DNA from: Octopus sinensis
Taxonomy: Eukaryota
DNA: 64,000 nucleotides
Assembly: GCF_006345805.1 (NCBI RefSeq)
Contig: NC_042998.1
Coordinates: 157,790,001-157,854,000 of the forward strand
Direction of reading: 5' to 3'
Positions 27,452 to 40,645 of the stretch are shown here, one piece after another (the first letter of the stretch is position 1; each line of letters begins with the position of its first letter). Made by a program: the position numbers and the translations under genes. The notes below the pieces were generated by a model that was not told where the DNA came from, did no database searches, and saw only the letters and a program-made list of their open reading frames with translations.

Positions 27452-30421
27452 TATAATTATATATTCTCTCTTGCATTATATTGTGAGCTACATTAAGAAG
27501 TTTTAACCGAAGATGATATTGAGTCTTGTTCGTTTCATTCCAATAAAAGACTGAACAGATGAATGATACATCAAATGATACGTTAAATGATACATCAAAG
27601 GGTTATGTGACAGTACTTGAAAAAATTTGAGTGAGGTGCCCTAGTCACACATAAGAGCAGTGTAGTGGGGGAGTATTTCGAAATATTGCTATTGTTATAC
27701 GTGAAAATGGTTTACTTACTTACTTCTGTCATTGATTTGCTAAACTTACATTTACGACGTAACCCGTCTCTGTTTATAATACAAAAGTACTTTGATTTAA
27801 GATCCATTAATTTGCTTGTCTCCGAACAGACTAGTTCAAAATTAATTTGAAGAATAATCTTTACTTTAATTATACTTAGATTTAACAATAGACTCTTTTT
27901 TATTTGAAGGAGGTAAGTGTAGAAGTTGCTAATTAATTTGGTGAGATTATATCAAATGTCACCAACATTTTAAAGTCATGACAATATTGTATTACCCAAT
28001 ATGGAATATTTATATTTCATATATACAGAACCTATGGCGAAATCGTTAGCAAATGAGCGAATCAGTTGTTAACATTGTAACATATCCACCAGTGACCACA
28101 TGCATTTATAGGGCATTCGGGGTTACCGATAATTTGGGGGAAAATCTAACGTCAACCTTTATCTAAAACAAGAGATGTTATGAACATTAGATTCATATAT
28201 TGCCCCGAGGTGCTTTTGAGTGCCGAATTCTTTGCTTATACACTTATATATATAACAGTATTCTAGAGTATGAATGCGTATATCTAAGGATAAATTATTT
28301 GACCAACAAATAGTCAAATGGTCAATTTATTCATCCAATATATTTCATTAAATGGTCATCGAGCAATTTTTTTGGATATAGCCGTCCCGCAGTTTTAGTT
28401 TTCGAAACCTATTTGTATCCCTAAAAAAGGTATGCCAGTTTTATACGAAAATACATGCGTGCCTATATAAATGTATGAATAGGTATGTGAGCGTATGTGT
28501 GTGTGTATTTATTTATTTTCACCATGAAAATTTACAATTTAGTGAGACGGTGAAATATCTAGTTAGAGATACCTTTATGCACATGGGTACATCTTTGATG
28601 ATAATGTATTGTGTTAAGTACAATGTGGGAAAGTATGATGTAGTAGTGGAAATTATAAAAGAAATTATGTTGGCAGCATTAATAATTCATTTTTAGTTAT
28701 AGTTTAGTGTGAGTGGAGTATAAAAGAAAGAGAGAGAGAGAGGGGGGAGAGAGAGAAAAAGAAAGAAAGACATTTGCTTATATAGAGAGAGGGTGCGTAA
28801 GTGGAAGCAGGCGAACTGTGCTAGAGACAGGCTTCTGTCAGATGTTTACATGTTAATTATAAGCTTCAAAGTTATACATCTGTATGTGTTATATCTGTAT
28901 TTGCGTGTGTGTGGCTTTCTCTTATGCTGGAGTGCTTTTCATTATTCTTGTATGGTATCTTTCATTAATTCATTACCGTGTTCGTGTATGTGTCGAACCA
29001 ATTCTCAGTTTCTACCTCTATGTGGTAATATATTTAATTTGTTGAAATTTGGTCAAGCACTTTCCTCTGAATCAATTATGGATGACAGAGGAAAGAAACA
29101 AATGTTGACCGTCCGCCAATAAAACAAAGAGCTGTCTAGATTGTCTCAATTGCATACTGAGTTGATTCAATAAAACCTTCTCACTGACCTTAATTCTGGA
29201 CAATCGCCATCAATTTTACTGCATATAATCATTCCTGTGACAAAGTTCAAATGTCTCCACGACTAAATGTATATTACATTATGGTGTGTGTGTGTGTGTG
29301 TGGGTGTGTGGGTGGTTGGGGCATGTGTGTGCGTTGACATATATTTGTTTGTGTGTGTCTGCTTGTGTATTTGCTTGTCTATGTTTCAATGTGAATGTTA
29401 ATGTGTGCAGGCGTTGTGGAACCTAATAGCGAATATATTTCTACCTAACATATGTATGTGTAAGCATGATGACCAGTCTACATATTTTCAGTTGCCCTTT
29501 ATCTATACTTTCTCTTTATCTATGTGTCTATCAATTAATCTATAGAATACTATGTAATAATATCGAGAGATAGCTCTTTCAATACATATATTATTCTATT
29601 TTTATTTCTGTTTTATTTGTTTCTGTAAATGAAAGCAACCATGTCTTGGCATTAAAAACAATATGAGCATTGTGCATACAAATTATAACTACAGTATGGC
29701 CTCACATATGTATTCTACTAAGTTAAAAAGGTTTGATCAAGTGAGAATATCAAATAAATTTGTTGATAAAAACACATTCTAAGATTTAAATCTAAAAGCA
29801 AGTACAGTATGGTCAGTGATCGTAATTTTTGGTCAATATACACAAAGCTGATTGAATTGAGACTAGTCTGCAAAACTAAGTGGTGAAAACCATGGACTTC
29901 TTCCGGTATTATTTGTACTCCTCAATGAAGCACATTTTACACAGTTTCCAACAACAAAAGCAATATATATCCAGAGGCAGAGGGAATGTAAACCGATTGT
30001 AAACATCAGCAATAAGGCTGGGGAAAACTACCCAATGAAAGTACTCTGCAGATAATTACATCTATGGTAGGTTCACACATATGTAATATAGTGAGATAAA
30101 AATTAAAGCAACCTATTTGAGATTTTATATAACTGAAAAATGCCTATTGCTTTCATTAGTTGGCCTTAAAGAGAAGATCCACTCTAATATACATTGTCAC
30201 AATAGTCTAAAATGGAGTTATATTCATTATTCGTTTCATTTAGATTTTAAACACTGCTACAGAATATTCGTGTTAAGCAATTCCTTGGTCAGTCTCATGA
30301 GATCGGACTTTCTCAGTTCACTATATCACATAAGTGAGACTTCATATATCATTTCGTTAACATTAAATTATACAAGCTCCAAATTTGATGTAACTATCTA
30401 TAAACTGGAATTTAAAATGTC

Positions 30422-30454
<33 letters not shown>

Positions 30455-30460
<6 letters not shown>

Positions 30461-32196
30461 TTTTTTTTTTCTTCTTTCAAATTTGCTTCCATTTCTTGCC
30501 GAGTGTCTTCCCGACTCCTAGGGCAAAGAAACTCATAGTATACAATGGTAGGCCATTAAACCAAACTCAGTAGTTCGTTCATTTTTTTTTTTTTTAAGTT
30601 AAATTAAAATACATGAGCAGCAACAGTTCTCACATCGACAATGCTCTTCTCAATACGTGTGATGTACCAGTTAAGACAATCTTTTGCACTTCTTGCAGGG
30701 ATGGTAAGCCAGGGATCATTCTCATATAATTTTCGGTTCCCTTCTTGATCATTCCTAGTGCTCCTACGATCACTGGTATTGTAACCGCCTTGAGATGCCA
30801 CATTTTCTCAATTTCAATGAGTAGGTCTTTATATTTTCTGAGCTTGTCAAACTCTTTCACTGAGATATTATGATCACAAGGGATGCTCATGTCGATCAAT
30901 AAGCACACTTTATTGTTTTGGTCTTTCACAACAATATCTTGGTTTATTGGCCTTGATGGTTCGGTCTGTATGTACTGGAAAGTCCCACAGAATGGTTACA
31001 TTTTCTCCTTCAGTTACAGCCTCAGGGTGGTGATTATACCACTTGTCGGCAGTTTTGATATTGTAATGCCGACTTATTAGCCAGTGGAGATATTGGCCAA
31101 CTCTGTCATGTCTTAATTTATACTCCACTGGTGCTAAGACTTTACATCCAGAGATTAGGTGGTCCACTGTTTCAATCATGTCGTTGCAGAATCGGCATTT
31201 TGGGTCTGCTCCATTTTTCATCACATTGGCCTGGTAGTTCCGGGTTAATAGTCTTTGATCTTGAGCAGCCAGGATGAAACCTTCGCTCTCTGCTTTTAGC
31301 CCTGAGCTCCGTAGCCACTGATGGGTTTGCTTCTGGTCAACATCAGCTTGTTTGCTGCGGGTCACATATTTGCCGTGCAGAGGTTTCTCCTCCCACCTAT
31401 CAGCCAATTGCTCGTGCGCTTTTTTCATTGCCATCATTTTCACCTTCTTTGCAACAATAGTTGCCGTACTTTCCTCGGGTTGTTCAGTTTGGGTATCCTG
31501 CACGAGATCAATAGCAAATTTTTTGCTTTCCTTTATGATAAAATGAAGCTTCTTTCGTCTCTCGTGATTTTCCACGAGTTTTAGCATCCAGTCATTCGAT
31601 ATTTCGAGATATTTGGCCAGTCCAATTGTGGTTGTTTTGTAAGCTAGTTCAAATTGGATCAGGCCTCGACCTCCTTGGGCTCTGGGAAGGTAAAGGCGAT
31701 CTACGTCTGCCTTTGGGTGGTGCATCCTATTACAACTCAGCAGCTTGCGTATTTTCCTATCTATATTCTTTACTTCACTCATATTCCAGTTCAACACATT
31801 GTAGCTATAAGTAACAACTGGAACTGCAAAGGAATTTATAGCTAACACCTTGTTACGTGCATTTAGTTCAGATTTCAGGACTGCACGAACTCTCCTATAA
31901 CATTCCTTCCTGATTTTCTCTTTCATGCTTGCATGCTGAATACCAGAGCCTTCATTTATCTCTAAATATTTGTATGTTTGTTCTTGCTCAAGCTCTCTTA
32001 TGACTGTGTCAACATCTAACACGACTGAATTTGTGGTCTTCACTTTCCCTTTCTGGAAAGTGGCCTTGGCACACTTCTCAAGTCCAAATTCCATCCCGAT
32101 GTCATCGCTGAATGCTTTCACGGTGCGCAATAGGCCTTCAAATTCATTAATGTCTTTACCATACAGTTTTAAGTCATCCATATAAAATAGATGGCT
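30455..32196 (-). mobile_element. 5'-truncated Dong/R4-type LINE (RT from YMDD, CCHC knuckle, RLE endonuclease, 3' UTR) flanked by (AAT)n
   Basis: HLFYMDDLKLY...CRFCNDMIETVDHLISGC...RHD...ILWDFPVHTDRTIKANKP, one frameshift, then CLLIDMSIP...KLRKYKDL...stop at 30630. (ATT)n tracts at both ends. Confidence 0.92.
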
Positions 32197-32212
32197 TATT
32201 ATTATTATTATT

Positions 32213-32243
<31 letters not shown>

Positions 32244-32289
32244 TATTATTATTATTATCATTATTATTATTATTTTTATTATTATCATT

Positions 32290-32652
32290 CAGTAGTTTTA
32301 TTTTTATAGCGTGCTTTCACTTCACTACCGAGCGCAGCTCTGTGTGCTTTGGGTATGTGCTGTGATTTGTTGTGATGCTCTGATGGTTATTGTATGGAAA
32401 GTGTTCTGCGTAGGATGTGTGCAGTGCCTAGTAGTGCAATTTTCTGTATGTTATATGTGTTTGTAAGTCCTGGTGTTTTGTTATGTATTTGTCTGAATAT
32501 TTTTTTATCATGCCTAATGCACCTATTATGATAGGAATTGTTTCTGTTTTCAGATTCCACATTCTAGTTACCTCTATTTCCAGGTCTTTGTATTTTGAAA
32601 GTTTCTCCATTTCTTTTAGAGACACGTTATCATCCGCTGGTATTGATACATC
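32290..32652 (-). mobile_element. 3' fragment of a second Dong/R4-type LINE with (AAT)n tail
   Basis: DVSIPADDNVSLKEMEKLSKYKDLEIEVTRMW...IPIIIGALG...LRRTLSIQ, stop at 32387. Confidence 0.85.
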
Positions 32653-32902
32653 AAACGCATCGTTGATATCGTGGGCTGTTCCAGCAGCTTTTCGGCTTAG
32701 CTTGAACTGCAATAAGAAAATTGTGTGAATTTGCTTTTTGTCCATGTTGTATTCAACGTTCCAGAAAAAAATTACCTAATTACTCAAAAAACGGGCTTTA
32801 AAACAATATATAAAATCAAAGTAATTTAACGAAAATTAATTTGAAAATACATCATTTAAAACCAAAATTAAAAATTCCGCGAGAACTTTCTTGACAACCT
32901 AA
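32653..32902 (-). mobile_element. 5' end of a second mariner family (TIR and transposase N-terminus)
   Basis: TA|TTAGGTTGTCAAGAAAGTTCTCGCGG end at 32902; MDKKQIHTIFLLQFKLSRKAAGTAHDINDAF is a mariner HTH start. Confidence 0.75.
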
Positions 32903-33192
32903 TATTCAACGAATGAATACTTGTCGTTTACAATGTCCGGGAGATTTCTGGTTATATGACGCACATACATACATACATACATACACACATACATACATAC
33001 ATACATACATACATACATACATACATACATACATGCATACATACATACACACATACATACATAAATACATACATACAACATACATACATACATACATACA
33101 TACATACATACATACATACATACATACATACATACAACTATATACATGAGAATATATACTGACAACAAAACACACAAATCTGCTCATGTATC

Positions 33193-33452
33193 TACATCTG
33201 GTACTCTGTCGGTTGTGACGACGAGGGTTCCAGTTGATCCGATAAACTGAATAGCTTGCTCGTGAAATTAACGTGCAAGTGACTGAGCACTCCACAGACA
33301 CGCGCACTCCACAGACATGCGTATTCTCGACGTAGTTCTCAGGGAGATTCAGCGTGACACAGAATGGGACAAGGCTGGCCCTTTGAAATACAGGAACTAC
33401 TCATTTTTGCCAGCTGAGAGGACTGGAGCAGCGTGAATTATTTGTCTTGCTC
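33193..33452 (-). mobile_element. Headless SINE body with a small internal tandem duplication
   Basis: GAAATTAACGTGCAAGTG..GAGCACTCCACAGACAC (twice)...GACAAGGCTGGCCCTTTGAAATACAGG..CTCATTTTTGCCAGCTGAG..GTCTTGCTC. Recognised from memory as a cephalopod SINE body. Confidence 0.7.
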
Positions 33453-35493
33453 GCTCACGTTAAATTTAAATTTAGATAGCTATGTTCTCTAAGTGGCAAC
33501 ATTCACTGCAGATAATTATTTTCTGCAGAATTATTTCCGGTAGTTTGGCGCGCCAAATCGAAGACTTTTGAAAAGTGACCCCAATTGTAATGGGTAGAAC
33601 TGTATACACATTCAATTTCAAGCAGACGTTTCGTGTATAGTTCTGCAAATTATATTTGCAGAGACGATCACACTGACCAGTTGCGGATAATTACGTAAAT
33701 GATTACGTAAGCATTAGCAACGAAATCTGGTTTTTGATTAATCTATATTTTGTATCATTTCATTTGTCGTGCTCGCTTACGTTCTGGCGTTTGCTAAATT
33801 TTTTTGAGAACATTTCTTTCTTAGTGGTAAGTCCATAACCGCTCTTCTAGCATAATGGATGTCCACTTACAGGTCATTTCTTATATATATATATAACTAT
33901 CAGCTACATTTAGCGATTGCAGCGTAGAAGACATAGGCTACTCATTCAGAAACATTTGAAAGATCGTAAACTCCACTTACACAATTATATACAATTATAT
34001 ATTTACCATTACCGTAAACCTTCTTCAATATTTGTTAAAAATAGATTATTTCATTTGTAGACATCAACGGGAAAATGCTTTTCAAATAAAAATTAAACTT
34101 CGAAATTTCTATTCCCTGTTAAAATTCTTTACTTTGAATTACATTTGGTGTGGGGGATAATCTCAGTTTCTTAAGTATTACACTGCCTCTTCTTGCATTT
34201 ACATATTCATTTCAAGTTCAAGAATTGAATTCAAGAGCGAAATGCACAATCACATTAATGGTATATTCATGAAGTCTACGCATTATATTTATACATTCAT
34301 ACATCCGCTTACAACAATAAATGTACAACTCTTTATAATGTTTTTGCTTTTTGCTGACGATTTAACATTGGTTTAACACTTGACATTCAAACTGTTTTAC
34401 TACAGATTTTTATATATTCATTTTCTACAGACTTAGCAATATACGAAATATACGAAATATATAGGAAATGTAGTGCTTGCTCTTTTATTATTGCATTTTA
34501 ACTTCATCGCAGCCGATGTATACATAAGCCAAAACGACTCAGCAACCTGTTCTTATGAAGCTTTGGTATTCCCTTCAAATTTTTGATTTAAAGATATTGC
34601 TGAATCCTGAGATAACGTTGTTTGTAATTATATTTGCTTCCGTACACGCATGTGTGTTTATGTGTGTTTTGTGTGTGCGTGTATATGTGCGTGTTTGTGC
34701 ATCTGTGTACGTGTGTGCGCTCGCGTGTGTGTTATTTACCTCGTATATTGAGATTTTAGGTTTTAAAATCCCTTCCCAACGTAAGAAAGTAAAACCAAAT
34801 ACAGTTTGTACAAATTAAAGTCAGATATTTTCCAATCGCTAAAACTATATGGCAAATTCAACACTGGTTAACTAGTAGTGTTGTGTCAATTCCAATCAAA
34901 GTAATTTGGATTCTGTTTAATGTTAAGACAATGGAAACGCTTTTGTTTTAAATAGAATGTCTTCTTTAATTCTCGATTTTCTAATATTTCGCTCTTTGGC
35001 CTCCAGAATCACCGTAATCTGGTTGTGGTGACTGTTTTGCTATGACAGTAGTATTTATGAAAATGTACATTGGACAGCTTTTGAACTGTGCTACTAGTGT
35101 ATGATCTGCCATATGTATCATGCAATTTTTACAAAATCACAATGACAGCCAATGACACAGAGAGATCTAATTGAAATTTGAGGGTGAGAGAAACCATCCT
35201 AATTGAAATACATAAAACCTACAGAGATGATCTGAGCAACGTTGATTTCCTCATTTAACATAAGTCAAGCTGTGTTCTAGATCCTTCTCCACACTCTTAG
35301 TATTTCAAAATAAATGGTTTTAATCTGTGCAGAGAGGCTCTGCACTTCCTTTGTTACGTTAAAAATAAGGAAATAAGTTTCGAAATACAACATATTGATA
35401 TACAACATATTCATGAATAATTTATATCTATCAATTAAGATAGCAATTAAATCAATCTAATGATATATGTATTTATTTATCAACAATATATGC

Positions 35494-35537
<44 letters not shown>

Positions 35538-35583
35538 CGTATGCATATCCGTATAAATGAAGGGGAAGTGTGCATATATATAT

Positions 35584-35625
<42 letters not shown>

Positions 35626-36877
35626 TGTGTGTGTATTATAATTTAGAAAAACTGTAAAAGGTTGTCATTATAGTACACGGAGTTTCCAATGTCGGAGCGA
35701 AGAGCTACGATACATACTCGTCGCCTAATAATGGCAACAGACGCTATGAAAAGCTGCTGAATCATACCCTCCAGCCTTCATCAGGTGTCTCGGGGAAATT
35801 TCGATGAGGACAAATATCGTCAAATGTAAATAATGTATAATACATATATATTTATATATATATTCGTATAAATATACGTATATATATGCAGACATACATT
35901 CACTCTCACGCATATATACAAACATATGCATATTCGTATAAATAAAGGGGAAATGTGCATGAAAGTTGCACATATGCACCAGACACAGCCTTACTCTCAT
36001 ATACAAACATATGCACATACACACGCACAAACATATACTTACATATACACTTACACATGTACATAATTAAAAAGGAAAAGGAAAAAATGAAAAATATATA
36101 TATAAAAAATAAAATATTACTGGAAGATAAAACATAAGGGAAAGCTTGTGCAGGAACATAGTAAAAATGCGGATTCTAGCTGTGAACTTGAGGGCCCAAA
36201 ACTGTAACAGGTATTTTGTGACATGTCGAAATGCTCCAAAAGGTTCAGTTCTTGAATTTAAACATGTAGCGGTGTCCAAGGAACTTTTCCAGATAAGCCA
36301 TCAATATCTATAAATCTGAAATGCGAAAAGTTTGTTTGTCTGGTTTTGGCATTGGAACGAGTTAAAGGGCATTAGATCCAGTCGGATTGACTCCAAAATT
36401 TACAGGGACATGTAAAATGAGGTGAGGATGTTAGTAGACTAGGTTAGAAATCCCTATCTTAAAAGGTGTGGTTACTAGGGTAAAAACGCACACTTTGATA
36501 AGTCTTCTCTCATTCTTTTATGTGTCTGTCTTTCTCCATCTCTCTCTCTTTCCTCCCTTCCTTTCACGTTCTCTCTATAACGTCGTTCGACAGTGTCTAC
36601 AATCTTTCCCCCGCCGCGTCACTCTTTCTCCCGCATCATCTCTCTCTCTCTACGTCTGTCTGCATTCATAGAGAGAATTATTATCACCACAACCACCACC
36701 ACACAATCATGAGAACATATTATGAATCATATATTTATTGGATTAATTTATATGTGTGTGTGTTCTATATATAAATATGTATATATAATGTATATATACA
36801 AAGTGTAAATATCTGTATTTATATATATATATAATATATATATATAATTTGTATACATTTATATATATATAATGCGT

Positions 36878-36910
<33 letters not shown>

Positions 36911-36921
36911 ATGCGTATATA

Positions 36922-37004
<83 letters not shown>

Positions 37005-37235
37005 GTGTGCATTATATGGTCAATTGAGCTGAAAATATGCACACATATGTTAAGAGTGCTGGCGAGCTTGCATGGCAACTATTTTTTTTCCTCAAATGAA
37101 AGGCGTGACCTCTAGGACAAAATTCCTCATCTTATAAAATGTGGCCCGAGTAGACCCGAATGAAATCGGGTTATTTTAACCAAAATGTGAAAAGGGGTCT
37201 TAATGGGTCTGAAAGGGGATTAAAATTTACAGTAG

Positions 37236-37500
37236 CGGGTGTTTAGGAATTCTCTGTTACATCAAGCTAAAAAATTTGCGCCAGCCTTTAAATCTTTAAT
37301 GTGTTGCCGTCCATGATGAAGAAGTTTTGAATGCTTGCCCTGGTGAGTCTAATGTCGTGAGAAACAATCACTTCAAAACTTGGTGTTTAGGAATTTTCTT
37401 TTACATCAAGTTCAAAATTTTACGCCAGCCGTTAAACTGCCACTACTTTGCTGTCCGTCGTTAAGAAATGCCAGCCATGGTGACTCTACTATCCTCAGAT
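37236..37500. repeat. Diverged tandem pair, ~145 bp
   Basis: GGTGTTTAGGAATT...TTACATCAAG...CGCCAGCC at ~37238 and ~37382. Confidence 0.7.
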
Positions 37501-37849
37501 TCTATCCCTTCAAACTTAGTCCTTTTAAAATATTAGTGCTTTGCTGTCTACCTTGAAGCAGACCTTTCCGTTGTCACTGCCTGATATTTATGATTGACCT
37601 TTCAAAGTATTTTCTTTCTCAACTTATTCAAGATCTTTCGTTGTTTATAAATGGGAGATAGATAGATAGAGAACGATAAAGAGTAAGAGAAAGCGAGGGA
37701 GAGTCCAAGAGAAAGGAAGAGTAAGAGAGTGGGAAAGTGAGAGATAGAGGAGAGAGAAACAAAGAGGGAGAATGTGGTGATGAAAAAACAGAATGGAAGC
37801 AACAGAAAGTAACAACCACACTCTTACCCGCGCGTAGAGTGGGTCACCT

Positions 37850-38330
37850 TAGGCTTGTCTTTTCATATTACAAAGACCGCACTTGCCACTACCGCTGGTA
37901 TAAGGTTTACACCAGGCTAAGATCTTCCAGTAAATCTTGTAGTTGGCACCTTGTTTTTTTAAGAACCATATATAACTGGATAATTTGGTAGTTTTTCGTT
38001 TATTCCAGTGTCTGAAGCTTAAGGTGTGATTGTTGAATCTTGCTTTGAAATTTCCCTCTGTGAGACCCATATACCTCTTGGATGAAACTGTATTATTAGT
38101 ATTTGTGGAATTTATAGTGGCTTCATAAATAATGATCTCGGTGATACTGGCTCCATTTAGTGGGCACAAGTCTATATTCCTGCAAGAACAGCCGGCTTCG
38201 TGTTGTTGTGATGTATTGTGTATGATTATACTTTTAAAGTTTGAGATGGAACTAAAGCTAATTTTTAGGTTATGCCTATTAAAGAGTTTTCTATATTTGT
38301 GCTGTATTGGAAAATGTCTATCCATAAGTT
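37850..38330 (-). pseudogene. PLE GIY-YIG endonuclease fragment (CxC-x5-CP ... CxxC type)
   Basis: GCSCRNIDLCPLNG...IIYEATI...YMGLTEGNFKARFNNHTLSF...LSSYIWFLK...WKILAWCKPY...KCGLC. Confidence 0.8.
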
Positions 38331-38381
38331 ACAAGAAATATTTACCTATATGTTTATACACACACACACACACACACACAT

Positions 38382-38415
<34 letters not shown>

Positions 38416-39161
38416 GTATATACATAAATACATAAACACACATACACACACATATATACATTTGCACACACACACACACACACACATATATGTAAATTAA
38501 GGAGGTGACACGGGAAAAACCCATAAGTTATGTAATGAACTTCATTAGCTTACAGTTGTTTCTGCTATATGATGTGGTGAACTCTTAGTTGAGTATTAGG
38601 ATATCCTGTAGTTTCATCAGAGTCTTAAATATGAAGTGTACTTTATTTGGGAAAGTAACAATTTCAAAACATACAAGCGTTATGTGTGAGAAAGTTTATG
38701 TTGGTTAGGGAATGTTCTATCCCGAGGTAGCAAATTCCAAGTTAAAAATACAAACTGCCTAAGAACTGGTGAAAAAACGACATCAGTTACCTAAAGGTTA
38801 CCCAATTTAGATTTCACGAGTACGTGATGATATAAATGAGTGTGTGCGCGCGCGTATGTGTATGCTTGTGTGTGAAACTGGAAATGAAGTATTGCTTAAA
38901 TTTGTGTTTAAGCCTTCGTAGTTCTAATGTTTTAGAAAACGAATTAGAATAATTACACTTTTAAGCTTTCTCGAATGATCTAATTGATAAGCATCCGTTA
39001 CTGAAAATCACGACAGTATTGGTGCTGTAGAAAAAAATTAAGAGGCAAAAATAATTAAATTTAAAAGATTGATTGTAATTAGTTCTATATGTGTGTATAA
39101 ATGTTTGTGTATGAGTCCCTTTATGTTTGTGTATAAATATAAATGTATAACATAAACAGTA

Positions 39162-39387
39162 GATTATGTTCTCTTTCAGTTGTGTCAGGGTCTCTAGCTT
39201 GTCGACGTAAACATACTCTTTCAGGTATCCCAACAAGAAAAAATCGGGCTAGTCAGATCTGGGGAACATGAAGGCTATTCCCAGTAGACCTCACACATGG
39301 CTCAAGCAAGACGGGTCAACTGCTAATACAGCATGAGAAACAATGCAGTTACTACGGCTGTGCTTTGGAGAGACGATAATCTCACGC
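39162..39387. pseudogene. Tc1/mariner-superfamily transposase remnant with an internal inversion
   Basis: Minus strand 39285-39162: *PSCSPDLTSP..FLLGYLKEYVYVDKLETLTQLKENI. Plus strand 39295-39387: TWLKQDGSTANTA*ETMQLLRLCFGETIISR. Confidence 0.7.
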
Positions 39388-39522
39388 TACAGCAGTGTAT
39401 AGATATATTTAAGTACTTGTCTTAAATTAAATGTATATATTAATTTGCCTGTACGGCTGATATTCACTAGCCACTAGTGATGGTATTTTAAAAGTGCCGT
39501 CGGTCTTATATATATATATATA

Positions 39523-39826
39523 TCACGTGATCACGTGACCGACCAGACCACCAGATGTTGCTACACATCGCTGGTCACAATGCGTTCGCATTGTTTTAGC
39601 CTTCGAACGACACCACCCCGCTGGCTAAGCGAGCAGGCCAACAGAAGAAAGTGGGAGAAAGAGTGGTGAAAGAGTACAGCAGGGATCACCACCCCCTGCC
39701 TGAGCCTCGTGGAGCTTTTAGCTGTTTTCGCTCAATAAACACACACAACGCCCGGTCTGGGAATCGAAACTGCGATCCTCCGACCGCGAGTCCGCTGCCC
39801 TAACCACTAGGCCATTGCGCCTCCAC
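39523..39826 (-). mobile_element. Full-length tRNA-derived SINE (tRNA-Arg-like head)
   Basis: Minus strand GTGGAGGCGCAATGGCCTAGTGGTTAGGGCAGCGGACTCGCGG...GTTTCGATTCCC: A and B boxes followed by a non-tRNA body. Confidence 0.85.
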
Positions 39827-39838
39827 ATATATATATAT

Positions 39839-40064
39839 GGCGGCGAGCTGGCAGAAACGGTAGCAGGCCGGGCGAAATGCGTAGCCGTATTTCGTCTGCC
39901 GTTACGTTCTGAGTTCAAATTCCGCCGAGTTTGACTTTGCCTTTCATCCTTTCGGGGTCGATAAATTAAGTACCAGTTACGCACTGGGGCCGATGGAATC
40001 GACTTAATCGCTTTGTCTGTCCTTGTTTGTCCCCTCTGTGTTTAGCCCCTTGTGGGTAGTAGAG

Positions 40065-40067
<3 letters not shown>
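39839..40067 (+). mobile_element. Full-length SINE (GGCGGCGAGCTGGCAG family)
   Basis: A-box-like TGGCAGAAACGG, B-box-like GAGTTCAAATTCC, central TTTCATCCTTTCGGGGTCGATAAATTAAGTACCAG shared with several partial copies in this window. Confidence 0.85.
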
Positions 40068-40104
<37 letters not shown>

Positions 40105-40109
<5 letters not shown>

Positions 40110-40440
40110 AAATATATACATACAATACCAGATATGTACATATATACGCAAGGGCACCTACATGATTACCTATATCGCCAATGATAGAAGTCAAAAAATA
40201 CTTCTGTACTACCGAAAAGTCACAAATCTATTACGAGTTGACCAGCATTTACTTGTTCTGACCCATTTGAGGTAAGACATTATTGTTCACTGATATTTTT
40301 ACCTATCTTGTCTGTAATAGATTTGTGAGTTTTCGGTGGTACAGAAATATTTTTTTACTTCTGTCATTGGCTATATAGGTTCTCATATAGTAGCCTTGCG
40401 TATATATGTACATATCTGGTATTTTATGTATATATTTTAT
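40105..40440. repeat. Diverged fold-back element (~120 bp arms, ~80 bp spacer), MITE-like
   Basis: ATACCAGATATGTACATATATACGCAAGG...CACAAATCTATTAC pairs with GTAATAGATTTGTG...CCTTGCGTATATATGTACATATCTGGTAT. Confidence 0.85.
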
Positions 40441-40508
40441 TAATTTGACTGTACGGCTAATAATTCGCTTGCCACTTGTGATGTTATTTTTATAATAACA
40501 TCCTTATA

Positions 40509-40645
<137 letters not shown>

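Noticed and set aside
35740-35795. Minus-strand CUGAUGA with a GGCUG/CAGC stem
   Set aside because: The GAAA half of the core is missing; at best a broken hammerhead remnant.
39750-39826. tRNA gene
   Set aside because: tRNA-like head has no proper acceptor stem and continues into a SINE body; called as SINE.
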